Shown in pieces: positions 1-7,460 of a stretch of 10,269 nt of DNA. Position numbers and translations under genes: made by a program. This stretch comes from Candidatus Multivoradales bacterium (GTDB lineage: Bacteria; Acidobacteriota; Thermoanaerobaculia; Multivoradales; JAHEKO01): positions 1 through 10,269 of the forward strand of contig CBDCVR010000004.1 of assembly GCA_965223155.1 (NCBI GenBank), read 5' to 3'. The notes below the pieces were generated by a model. That model was given only the letters and a program-made list of their open reading frames with translations. It had not been told where the DNA came from and ran no database searches. Position 1 is the stretch's first letter, and every line of letters starts with the position of its first letter.

Positions 1-1
1 T

Positions 2-388
2 CCGGTGGGTGCCAAGGCCGCCGCTTCGTCTAAGGCGGACACTGCAGACGCAGACGAGCCGGCGTCAGAGGAAGAAGACGTCGCCGAGACCTCCGAAGCC
101 GCAGAAGCCGAGGCTGCCGATGATTCGAACGACGAGGCCAAGGCGGCAGGCGCGCCCGAGCCAGCAAGGCCCGAAGCCAAGGCTGCCGCCAAGCGGCCCG
201 CCCAGGCCAAGACGTCGAGCTCCAAGCCCGCCAAGAAGAAGACTCCCCCCAAAGCCCCGAAGAAGGCTCCGAAGAAGGCTGCGAAGAAGGCCTCGCCCAA
301 GCCCAGCGCCTCTGAAGCCAAGCTCCGCCGGGGCGTGCGCGAAGCGCTCAAAGAAGCCCAGGCGCTCCTGGATTCCCTGTCGGACTAG
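2..388 (+). CDS. 3' part of an Ala/Glu/Lys/Pro-rich low-complexity protein (acidic tract, then histone-like KKAPKKAAKK tract, short helical C-terminus); 5' end lies outside the window
   Basis: The frame is open from the window edge to TAG at 386-388, with GC-rich third positions. It has PAKK/KKAP repeats and ends in SEAKLRRGVREALKEAQALLDSLSD. Confidence 0.75.
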   Translation, partial: PVGAKAAASSKADTADADEPASEEEDVAETSEAAEAEAADDSNDEAKAAGAPEPARPEAKAAAKRPAQAKTSSSKPAKKKTPPKAPKKAPKKAAKKASPKPSASEAKLRRGVREALKEAQALLDSLSD

Positions 389-410
389 CCGGGCCGCTCT
401 GGGCAGGCCC

Positions 411-429
411 ACCCGTCGAGCGGACGGGT
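411..429 (+). terminator. possible stem-loop downstream of the host CDS
   Basis: ACCCGTC-gagcg-GACGGGT forms a 7-bp stem, but only a weak T-tail follows. Confidence 0.25.
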
Positions 430-518
430 TCCCTGTTTCGAAGGCACTTGCTCGGCCGGGCCAGGCGGCCGACTGATTCGAGGGGAAGCAAGCAGCGCTT
501 GAGGGAACGCCTTCCGGC

Positions 519-548
519 TCGACAGGTCCCGGCGCCGTTGGGTAAAGT
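519..548 (+). promoter_or_regulatory. putative sigma70 promoter of the tRNA gene
   Basis: TCGACA (519-524)-N18-TAAAGT (543-548), ending 11 nt before the tRNA 5' end. Confidence 0.45.
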
Positions 549-559
549 AGCCGACCGGT

Positions 560-636
560 CGGGACGTGGCGCAGTCTGGTAGCGTACCTGAATGGGGTTC
601 AGGGGGTCGCGAGTTCAAATCTCGCCGTCCCGACCA
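560..636 (+). tRNA. tRNA-Pro (anticodon GGG)
   Basis: 77-nt cloverleaf: acceptor stem CGGGACG/CGTCCCG, D arm with GG, anticodon arm CCTGA-ATGGGGT-TCAGG, T arm GCGAG-TTCAAAT-CTCGC, and encoded ACCA end. Confidence 0.97.
590..636 (+). repeat. attL core, 47-bp direct repeat (3' half of tRNA-Pro)
   Basis: GAATGGGGTTCAGGGGGTCGCGAGTTCAAATCTCGCCGTCCCGACCA is identical to 9232-9278; the flanking bases differ on both sides. Confidence 0.96.
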
Positions 637-657
637 TTTACAGCCACCCCAAACTCC

Positions 658-676
658 CAAGTACAAATCCGGTACA
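658..676 (+). repeat. putative integrase arm-type binding site, left arm
   Basis: CAAGTACAAATCCGGTACA is 17/19 identical to 9082-9100 and contains two GTACA units 11 bp apart. Confidence 0.7.
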
Positions 677-681
677 ACTTC

Positions 682-921
682 TCACCCCGAGTTTGCCGCC
701 TCCGCGGTGCTCCTGACTCTACGCTTCAACACATAGGCGCGGACGTCGGCCGGATCATAGCGAACGACGCCTCGCTTTCGGCTGCTGAGCTTGAGGAATG
801 GGGGGCCGTGGCCGGTCTGGCGCCACTCCTGGAGGGTTCGGACGCTGACGGAGAGGAGCGCGGCTACCTCGTGCTCTTTGAGGAGGGGTTGAAGGAGGTT
901 GCGGTCGAGCGTCTTCTTCAC
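682..921 (-). CDS. excisionase-like helix-turn-helix protein (HTH_17/AlpA-like recombination directionality factor), 79 aa
   Basis: LLKEHEVAALLSVSVRTLQEWRQTGHGPPFLKL...VRYDPADVRAYV is the typical Xis-like winged-HTH pattern. The gene lies next to attL and has a strong promoter upstream. Confidence 0.88.
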   Translation of the reverse strand: MKKTLDRNLLQPLLKEHEVAALLSVSVRTLQEWRQTGHGPPFLKLSSRKRGVVRYDPADVRAYVLKRRVRSTAEAANSG

Positions 922-960
922 AGCGCCTGTGGGCTCCAGTCCAGCGGGATCTTCTCGGTG

Positions 961-989
961 AGAATACTACAAGCGTAGGATATCGTCAA
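961..989 (-). promoter_or_regulatory. sigma70 promoter of the excisionase-like gene, with an operator-like palindrome CTAC-N4-GTAG (967-978) in the spacer
   Basis: The minus strand reads TTGACG-atatcctacgcttgtag (17 nt)-TATTCT, in the gap between the 768-aa gene and the HTH gene. Confidence 0.75.
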
Positions 990-1004
990 GGAGATCCGTG
1001 ATTC

Positions 1005-3311
1005 CTAGGTGTCCCAGCCAGCCTCGGTCCGTCGAGCGCCACCGAAGTGTAGAGCAGTGGTCCTCTCTGCGAGGCCCCGCGCGTCGTGGACAAACCTACA
1101 GTGGTTGGGCATCTCGTCTTTCCGGTCGTGGTAGTTCAGCACCTCGAGGTCTTCCACAGTCAAGATGATCACTCGCTCCGTGTAGGGAGCTTGCGCCAGC
1201 TTGCATCTCTCAATTTCATCCGGTGAGAACGGCGAAGTCTTGGCGAAGAGAACGAACGGGTCGACGCCGATCTGGCCGAGCCTGTCCGCTACGGTACCGA
1301 GGTTGCTGGCGTCCTGCTCGGTGATCTCCATCCCGGTCTTGCACTCTCCGATGACTACCGCATGTCTGAGGCGCCGCATCTGCCGGAGTACGACCACGAA
1401 ATCGGTTTCACAGAACGTGTCGCGCTGGCCTTGCTCGGCAAGGTTGAGGCTCGTGGAAAAGCAGATCACCTTGTCGTGGAAGTTGAGTTGAAGAGACTGG
1501 AGCACGAGCGTAACCGGGACCGATCCCTTCTGCTCATCCGGATCACTTCGGCCGAAGAGGCCGGATCGCCTGTAGAACCAGTCACGGTCCCGCAGCTGTT
1601 CGGTAACGTCGAAGCGAGTCGCACAAAAGGCGCAGGCTACCTGGCTCGCAACATCGTCCAACGAGACCCAATCCTGGAGTTCGCAGTGCGGACACTTGAG
1701 CCTCAGCCCCGCTCGCAGGACGCCGTTCCTGATCAGGTCGAGAAAGGCGTCTAGCGGCCGTAGCCGAGAACCTCCTTGGTGACGGAGGTACAGACCCTCG
1801 TACTCCGAGAAGCGCATGGATTGTGTGGCCTCATCGAAGTTCCCGATGACCTTTTCGGCTTCCCCCTTTCTGAACGAGTCGTCAGCTGCGTACTGCCGGA
1901 TCAGTTGCCTCACACCACGGATCTTGAACACCCTGCACCCCTGGAGGCCACCCATCTGCTGGATGAGTCGAGTGGCTACGCGACCCGGTTGGCTCGGCCG
2001 CGCAACGAAGCCGCAGGCGTCGAACACTCTGGCGATCACCTTCTCGTGCTCCAGTGCGGTAAGCGACAAGTGATTCGCCGTGACTCGCTCGATGACTCCG
2101 ACGGCTTCCGGTTCCGCGCGCACCCTCCTCCAGTCGAAGAACAGCTCCCTCCCGTAGTACTCGTTCAGATCCGGCACGAATGGCGGCGTCAGGGTCGAGC
2201 CGTCGCTTACGAGAGACGTACCTACTGAACCGACGGAGATCACGACGTTTTGGTGAAAGAACTCGCTATGGTCGAGGAACGGCTTGGCAGGTAGCGCAAT
2301 GGTGGCACGAGGCCCGCGGGAGCCTTCTTCGAGTGAGGCAACAGTGAAGCTGGTGTCGAAGGCCATCAAGCTAGGCTTGACGTTCAAGCCATTCCAGGTC
2401 GCCTCTGAGATGGTGCTGAAGGAGAGCCCTCCACCTAGTGTCTCGGCAATCGCATCGTAGTCGAGCTCGTTGCTTGACCAGACAGGGATTCCTGGCGGTT
2501 CGGCCGGCCTGGTTGGAGTAGCGTGGATTCTCTTGACGTACTCGTCGGTCAGGGGTCGCAGTCGGTCGGGCTGAGAAGGATCAAAGAAGATCAGGGGGTA
2601 ACCGGCCGCTCTCAGATTCCAGAAGTTGACTAGGTCCGAGAAGTCGCCGGCAGCGCCAACGAAGAGCCCCGGTCTTCGATGCCAGTCGAACACCTTCGGC
2701 CGAAGATGCCGTCGCGCAAGTACCGATGGGGTAGCTGTACCCACGAGGTCAGCCGGTACAGGGTCCGAAGGCGAGATTTGCACCCTCTCCGCTGACAACC
2801 GCTCCTCTATGAAAGCTCCATAGTCGCGATCCACTTCCTCAGGCTCCGGAAAGGCGCCGAAAGTGGCCAGGAAGACGTTCGCGAAGGAGTCCGACGGCTC
2901 CCATTCGGCGACGGTTGCACGATAGTCGGCGGGGAGCCAGTTCCGCCGTCGGTATTCGTCGGTCTTGAGGACCGCCTGGGCCATGTCCAAGAGATGCGGT
3001 TCCTTCGTCCCCGCGCTCTCGATGAAGAGGCCATCCGGATAGAAGGGCCACTTCAGAGCCGGGAAGCTATCGGCGAACTTCACCGTCTCTTCGTCGTCGC
3101 TGGCTGAGTAGAGGGCATCGCACGCGTATAGCCAGATCAATCGCGTGCCGGTGCCGTCGTCATCGAACGGGATGATCGGGTTGAAGACGCCTCCCCAAAA
3201 ACAGTGGGTGAGACGCAGCGCCAGCCCGAAATCCTCGAGGTTGCCTGCCCGGACACACAACCCCAGCCTGAGGGGCCGAAAAGTCACCGAGACGTGCAAG
3301 GTACTCATCAT
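1005..3311 (-). CDS. 768-aa uncharacterised protein with a CxxC-x16-CxxC zinc ribbon and a C-terminal PD-(D/E)xK-like nuclease motif
   Basis: Long ORF with CPHC...CAFC (1621-1694) followed by ETDFVVV...VVIGECKT (1338-1409). I do not recognise the N-terminal region. Confidence 0.8.
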   Translation of the reverse strand: MMSTLHVSVTFRPLRLGLCVRAGNLEDFGLALRLTHCFWGGVFNPIIPFDDDGTGTRLIWLYACDALYSASDDEETVKFADSFPALKWPFYPDGLFIESAGTKEPHLLDMAQAVLKTDEYRRRNWLPADYRATVAEWEPSDSFANVFLATFGAFPEPEEVDRDYGAFIEERLSAERVQISPSDPVPADLVGTATPSVLARRHLRPKVFDWHRRPGLFVGAAGDFSDLVNFWNLRAAGYPLIFFDPSQPDRLRPLTDEYVKRIHATPTRPAEPPGIPVWSSNELDYDAIAETLGGGLSFSTISEATWNGLNVKPSLMAFDTSFTVASLEEGSRGPRATIALPAKPFLDHSEFFHQNVVISVGSVGTSLVSDGSTLTPPFVPDLNEYYGRELFFDWRRVRAEPEAVGVIERVTANHLSLTALEHEKVIARVFDACGFVARPSQPGRVATRLIQQMGGLQGCRVFKIRGVRQLIRQYAADDSFRKGEAEKVIGNFDEATQSMRFSEYEGLYLRHQGGSRLRPLDAFLDLIRNGVLRAGLRLKCPHCELQDWVSLDDVASQVACAFCATRFDVTEQLRDRDWFYRRSGLFGRSDPDEQKGSVPVTLVLQSLQLNFHDKVICFSTSLNLAEQGQRDTFCETDFVVVLRQMRRLRHAVVIGECKTGMEITEQDASNLGTVADRLGQIGVDPFVLFAKTSPFSPDEIERCKLAQAPYTERVIILTVEDLEVLNYHDRKDEMPNHCRFVHDARGLAERTTALHFGGARRTEAGWDT

Positions 3312-3363
3312 GAGGTTCGCTCGCGCATCGTCTGACCAACGAGAAGGGCTCCGGCCAGCGTCG

Positions 3364-3684
3364 CTATCTCTTTCTTCGGCTAAGCGCCTGCTGCAACAGC
3401 TCCAGGTGCTCCGGATCCCGCCCTACGACTTCGTCGAGAAACCGCCGGATCTCGCCCCGAACAGCCTTCTTCTGGCTCGCTGCCGGCGTGTAGTAGTTCG
3501 TGTTCCCTTCCTTGTCGACCTTGAGCCAGCCCTTGTTGGCCATCCGGCTCATGAAGGTGAGGATCGTCCGGTAGTCCCTCTTGGGCCTATGGCGGTCCTC
3601 CTTGAGAACCTGGCGCACGGTACAGCGACCGAGGCGCCAGCAGATACGCATGAGGCCCCATTCGGAGTGGGAGAGTCGTTCCAT
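3364..3684 (-). CDS. BlaI/MecI/CopY-family transcriptional repressor, 106 aa
   Basis: LSHSEWGLMRICW...TVRQV...YRTILTFMSRMANKGWL...KEGNTNYYTP matches the penicillinase-repressor winged-helix signature (LS..E..IM..LW; Y.TV.T.L.RL..KG). Confidence 0.88.
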   Translation of the reverse strand: MERLSHSEWGLMRICWRLGRCTVRQVLKEDRHRPKRDYRTILTFMSRMANKGWLKVDKEGNTNYYTPAASQKKAVRGEIRRFLDEVVGRDPEHLELLQQALSRRKR

Positions 3685-3759
3685 CTAGGTCTTCTCGATC
3701 GAGGATTCGAGGCGATCGAAGGTCCTGCAGGTCGCAGGTTTCCGCTCGCGCGGAGATCA

Positions 3760-3779
3760 AATGTACCACCTCTGTAGGA
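3760..3779 (-). promoter_or_regulatory. putative extended -10 promoter with operator-like site upstream of the repressor gene
   Basis: The minus strand reads TCCTAC-agag-GTGG-TACATT, i.e. TGn + TACATT, with the same motif geometry as at 961-980. There is no good -35. Confidence 0.5.
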
Positions 3780-3911
3780 GAGAGGGGGATACTCTTGACG
3801 GTAGGTCGCTTGGGCGGTGCGTGGGGACGAAGCGGGGATCTCAAGCGTCCGCGATGCCACCCTCACCGGCGACCCGGACCGCCCGATCTGCGTCGGACGG
3901 GGAAGGGGCGA

Positions 3912-4146
3912 GCTCAGCCATCGGGAGCGCTCTCGATGATCTGGCTTTGAGCAGCCCGCAGGGCTGCGAAAAGCGCAAGTGGGCATGTCGTGCGCGGCCC
4001 CGCCGCGTATGACATGCCATTGCTTGCTGTGTCGCTGAACGCACATGTAGCGAGTCTCACGGACGTAGGCGACCTTGACCGAACTCTGAAGCGCTGGACT
4101 TCCGAGTGACTTCGGAGTCGTCCGGGCGGCTCGGGTGCCGCCTGGA
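3912..4146 (+). other. cluster of five hairpins in intergenic DNA (possible structured RNA or ssDNA signal)
   Basis: Inverted repeats at 3919-3938, 3951-3967, 3982-4018 (17-bp stem), 4097-4119 and 4121-4146. Confidence 0.45.
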
Positions 4147-4163
4147 AGCCGCGGAGACGACGG

Positions 4164-5003
4164 CTACCCGGCGCTTCTGGTCCGTCGAAGCGAAGCTACG
4201 ATCTCTTCCCGTGTCCGGGGGCGCTGACTGACGAAGCGCTTCATCCATCGGTTGAGGCCTCGGAAGTTGAGACCGAACCTCCGAAACAGGCGCCTCTTGG
4301 TGAAACGACGCAGCCCCGGATCGTCCACGAAGAAGTGCAACCGAGTGAACACGCTCTCGTAGCTCACCCAAGCGGCGAGAAGGTAGAGCAACGGTAAGAA
4401 GAGCATGGTAAGCACGATCGGCAGCAAGAACTCGACGAGGGTCGCCAATTGCGCGAACGACTCGAAGTCCAAGTAGGCTCGACGAAAGGCGGAGGCGAGA
4501 AGACCCAGGCCGAGAATCGCCATGAGTGTGTTCAGGGGCGACCGGAGCGCCTTGAACTCCTCCTTCGACTCGGCGACGACCAACAGGCACGCGAGGAGAG
4601 TCGCGATGGGGATGAGGAGCAGCTCGAGGGGAAGGCTCAGCGGGTAGAAGCTCACGACAAACTCCAGGACGACGCTCACCTTCAAGCCATCGAGGATCGC
4701 CTTCCGGAAGTAGGCATCATCGTTCGGCACTGATACGACGTCGAACAACATGACGAGGGCAGCGGTGAGAAACCAGAGAACCGTGCCCTTCAAGTTGTCG
4801 AGATGCCAGAGGCCCATCCTCCACAGGGCAAGAACGACCAAGGTCACGTAGGTGACCATCATCGCTACTGAGAGGACGATCTTCCAGGCCAGTGCCGCAC
4901 GAACAACGCCGACAGCGGCCTTGCGCACTTCCGCTATCGAGAACGCCCACAGCAGGAAGACCGTGAGCCAGACGAGGACTGCGATTTCGCGGTTGTCGAC
5001 CAT
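4164..5003 (-). CDS. polytopic membrane protein of unknown function, 279 aa (about 7 hydrophobic segments, Arg-rich C-terminal tail)
   Basis: ATG start, repeated long hydrophobic stretches, and co-orientation with neighbouring cargo genes. Confidence 0.85.
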   Translation of the reverse strand: MVDNREIAVLVWLTVFLLWAFSIAEVRKAAVGVVRAALAWKIVLSVAMMVTYVTLVVLALWRMGLWHLDNLKGTVLWFLTAALVMLFDVVSVPNDDAYFRKAILDGLKVSVVLEFVVSFYPLSLPLELLLIPIATLLACLLVVAESKEEFKALRSPLNTLMAILGLGLLASAFRRAYLDFESFAQLATLVEFLLPIVLTMLFLPLLYLLAAWVSYESVFTRLHFFVDDPGLRRFTKRRLFRRFGLNFRGLNRWMKRFVSQRPRTREEIVASLRRTRSAG

Positions 5004-5062
5004 TCAACTGGCTGGCGGCCGCGGCGTCTCTGCGATTCGCCGTCGCCAGGTTCACGCAGCGG

Positions 5063-5725
5063 TCAGACGGCGAGCCTACGGCCAGGGCGCGTGACCGCGA
5101 GAGCCGCATCGTCGAGCAGCTGCAAGTTGAAGTCTCCAAAGAGCTCTTTGGTCTCTCTTTTCCAGGGCTCCCAATCTAGAGACAGCACGAGTTCGCGGGC
5201 ATTCCCGCCTTTGTCGTAGGCATACCGATCGACGTCGCGTCCTGGTAGCAATCGCTGCATCGGATCGTACGCCTCGAAGAGCTCATCCTGGGTTGCATCC
5301 AGTAGAGACCACGCACCGGCGAGGAAGACCTCCAAGTACACGTGCCCGCTGCCACCATCGAATTCGCGTGTCGCTCTGAACCGTCGGATCCAGGGGATGT
5401 CAAGCGACTTGACCCAGACACTCGGAATCCCACATGCGCGGGCCATACAGCCGTAGACGAGGGCATGCTCCGCGCATCCGAAATAGCGCCCGCGGCTAAT
5501 GATCTCTGAGGCTGTACGCCATCGGTAGTCCGATTGCTGGTGCTCACTGGTGAAATCGTCGCGCAACCAACGCCAGATGTTGCCTAGGCTCGTTTCCGCC
5601 CCTGCGCCGCGAAGTCGTGACGCCGTCTCCGCAACCACGTCGCCTCCTACGAAGGACGGGTCTAGCTCCAGATAGCGCTCGGGGTGTGAGTAGTCGATCG
5701 CATCAAAGCGGGGGATGTGGCTCAT
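5063..5725 (-). CDS. transglutaminase-like (Cys-His-Asp triad) protein, about 220 aa
   Basis: Motifs GCAEHALVYGCMARACGIPS, GHVYLEVFL and WSLLDAT. Start moved to ATG 5725 (MSHIPRF) so that it does not overlap the upstream gene. Confidence 0.82.
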   Translation of the reverse strand: MSHIPRFDAIDYSHPERYLELDPSFVGGDVVAETASRLRGAGAETSLGNIWRWLRDDFTSEHQQSDYRWRTASEIISRGRYFGCAEHALVYGCMARACGIPSVWVKSLDIPWIRRFRATREFDGGSGHVYLEVFLAGAWSLLDATQDELFEAYDPMQRLLPGRDVDRYAYDKGGNARELVLSLDWEPWKRETKELFGDFNLQLLDDAALAVTRPGRRLAV

Positions 5726-5780
5726 GCTCGAGACGTTGTCCGTGCGCTCGCTGTCCAACGGACCGGGATGCTCACTGATC

Positions 5781-6317
5781 TCAGTTGACTCTTCGCAGTA
5801 CAACACCGTTTCCGTCGAGCAAATCAAGCGCCCGCCAGTTCCTAATCACGAGTATGCGCAGCAAGAACGTTGACGCCGAGTAGGTGAATCGTACGAAGAA
5901 GATCGACGCTGCAAACGCAAGTAGCCAGAGCTTGGTTGGGAACTGTAGATCGGCAAGAGCACAGATCGCAGCGACCACGCCTGCCACGATCAAGGCAGAC
6001 AGGATACCCGCCGTGCCTTTGCTCGACTCGGCTAGATAAGAAGCCCAAACCACAAGCGTAGCAACGCCCGCCGCGATGCCCCACCAGCCGAAGGCCCAGA
6101 TGCTGAGGCCCGCCGCAGCGAGGATCATGAGGTAGCCGAGAACGAAGCTCGACAGCACGATCGCCTTGTCGAGGTAGAGAGGTTCGCCGAGCTTGGCCTC
6201 CAGGGTCTTCCGAGGTACATCCGTAAAAAACTTTCGCGCGCTTGGCCGATCAACTCCAATAAGTAGCTTCCCAGCCTTCTCATCCTCGACAATCTGCTTG
6301 TGTTCTTCCGGAGTCAT
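5781..6317 (-). CDS. membrane protein of unknown function, 178 aa (about 4 TM segments after a soluble N-terminus)
   Basis: ATG at 6317 overlaps the TGA of the upstream gene (ATGA). Hydrophobic segments begin at AIVLSSFVLGYLMILAAAGLSIWAFGWWG. Confidence 0.8.
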   Translation of the reverse strand: MTPEEHKQIVEDEKAGKLLIGVDRPSARKFFTDVPRKTLEAKLGEPLYLDKAIVLSSFVLGYLMILAAAGLSIWAFGWWGIAAGVATLVVWASYLAESSKGTAGILSALIVAGVVAAICALADLQFPTKLWLLAFAASIFFVRFTYSASTFLLRILVIRNWRALDLLDGNGVVLRRVN

Positions 6318-6907
6318 GAACGGCTCTGTTTGCGGAACTCGTTCCAATAGAACCGACTCCGCTCCTCGTCTCCGAGGGCGATGTCCCACAGGAGTTGAAG
6401 TGTCATGATCCTCCCTGGCACGATCTCGTCCTCATCAACGTCGAGTCCGGCGTAATCCGGGTCAGTGGCGATCTCGACGTTGATGATCCACCAAACCTCG
6501 ATCTTGCGGAGAAGCGCAACCATCTCGTTGAAGCATTGGTCGAAATCGGGTGGCAGACCCTCGGTGCCCAGCGTGGAGAGCAGCTCGTGCGCAAGCGTGT
6601 TCCGGCAGGCCTTCACGCGTTCGAAGGCCTGCATGTCGGCATCGTCGATCGCGCTCATTTCCCTCAGCCAGTCGAGGCTGGCGTAGACGGGGCTCCTATT
6701 GCGGGCAAGGACATCCGATTGATACTTGGGGTCGATCTTGTCGCCGGACTCATCGAAGCCCGTCCAGAAGAAGCCCCGAGTGTGGTCCACGATAGAGTCC
6801 TTGAGCGCCTCGAATCCGGCGATGTAGATGGATGCGGCGATGAGACGCGGCCGCGTTACGTCCGGATTCAGGAACTCCTCCCACGAGTGCTTTGATTCTG
6901 AGTTCAT
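6314..6907 (-). CDS. 197-aa helical protein with a HEPN-like RxxxxH motif (putative RNase)
   Basis: CRNTLAHELL (RNTLAH at 6587-6604) in a predicted helical context. The HEPN assignment rests on the motif only. Confidence 0.7.
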   Translation of the reverse strand: MNSESKHSWEEFLNPDVTRPRLIAASIYIAGFEALKDSIVDHTRGFFWTGFDESGDKIDPKYQSDVLARNRSPVYASLDWLREMSAIDDADMQAFERVKACRNTLAHELLSTLGTEGLPPDFDQCFNEMVALLRKIEVWWIINVEIATDPDYAGLDVDEDEIVPGRIMTLQLLWDIALGDEERSRFYWNEFRKQSRS

Positions 6908-6928
6908 GCTGTACGGGTCGGCGACTAC

Positions 6929-7165
6929 CTAGCCGCTGCGCCTGGCCTTGAGTGGATATCGCTCGGGATGCTCGATCGAGTCGACCGTGAGATCGACATC
7001 CAGGACGGGCCAGTACAGGTGATGGGGCCGCGGGCTCTCGATTTCCAGGATCGCCTCCACCGCGGCGTGCTTGAACCAGGGGAACTCCTCGAAGGACAAG
7101 AGGAGCTCTCGCCCGTCGGCGAGAAGGCGAAACCCATGGCGAGAGATGTTGGTCACTTCAGGCAT
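6929..7165 (-). CDS. DUF2442-family protein, 78 aa
   Basis: EVTNISRHGFRLL...LSFEEFPWFKHA...HLYWPVLDVDLTVDSIEHPERYPL is the characteristic DUF2442 pattern (FPWF, LxWPxLDxDL). Confidence 0.82.
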   Translation of the reverse strand: MPEVTNISRHGFRLLADGRELLLSFEEFPWFKHAAVEAILEIESPRPHHLYWPVLDVDLTVDSIEHPERYPLKARRSG

Positions 7166-7184
7166 CGAATGGCCAGGTTACAAT
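7157..7184 (+). promoter_or_regulatory. putative promoter of the vapBC pair
   Basis: TACAAT -10 (7179-7184) with a weak -35 TTCAGG 16 nt upstream, in the divergent gap. SD AGGAGA at 7217-7222. Confidence 0.4.
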
Positions 7185-7229
7185 AGGCTTTGTACCGGCG
7201 CTGCTCGTCGAGCGCCAGGAGACGCCAAA

Positions 7230-7460
7230 ATGGTACTGCCAGACGTCAAGGACCGGATCATGAGAGACCTGGATCGACTCTCGCCGGAGCAACAGAAGCG
7301 CGCTGCGGAGCTCGTCGGCGGTCTGGTGTCCTCTCTGCCCCAGGGCGCCTCGGTGGATGACCTGTTGAAGGTCGCGGGGACCCTTGATGAGGAGTCCGCC
7401 CGCGAGATGATGCAGGCCATCGAAGAGGGCTGCGAGCGGGTGGACCCGGATGAGTGGTAA
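7230..7460 (+). CDS. vapB: putative antitoxin of the PIN toxin, 76 aa
   Basis: Small protein with an acidic C-terminus (AIEEGCERVDPDEW), an SD before ATG 7230, and an 11-nt overlap with the PIN gene. Confidence 0.78.
   Translation: MVLPDVKDRIMRDLDRLSPEQQKRAAELVGGLVSSLPQGASVDDLLKVAGTLDEESAREMMQAIEEGCERVDPDEW

Noticed and set aside
9-978. ORFs 9-476(+), 65-412(-), 385-666(-) and 592-978(+)
   Set aside because: These are shadow frames of the low-complexity gene, or they overlap the tRNA or the xis gene.
3364-3684. Beta-lactam or copper resistance locus
   Set aside because: No beta-lactamase, PBP, BlaR1 or copper ATPase gene is nearby.
4057-4068. Third BlaI-like operator (minus strand CTAC-GTCC-GTGA)
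   Set aside because: It has two mismatches in one half-site and no adjacent -10 box, so it is likely chance.
3145-4590. ORFs 3145-3777(+), 3549-4046(-), 3761-4012(+), 3841-4044(-) and 4057-4590(-)
   Set aside because: They overlap better-supported genes or hairpins, have biased composition, and show no recognisable motif or clear RBS.
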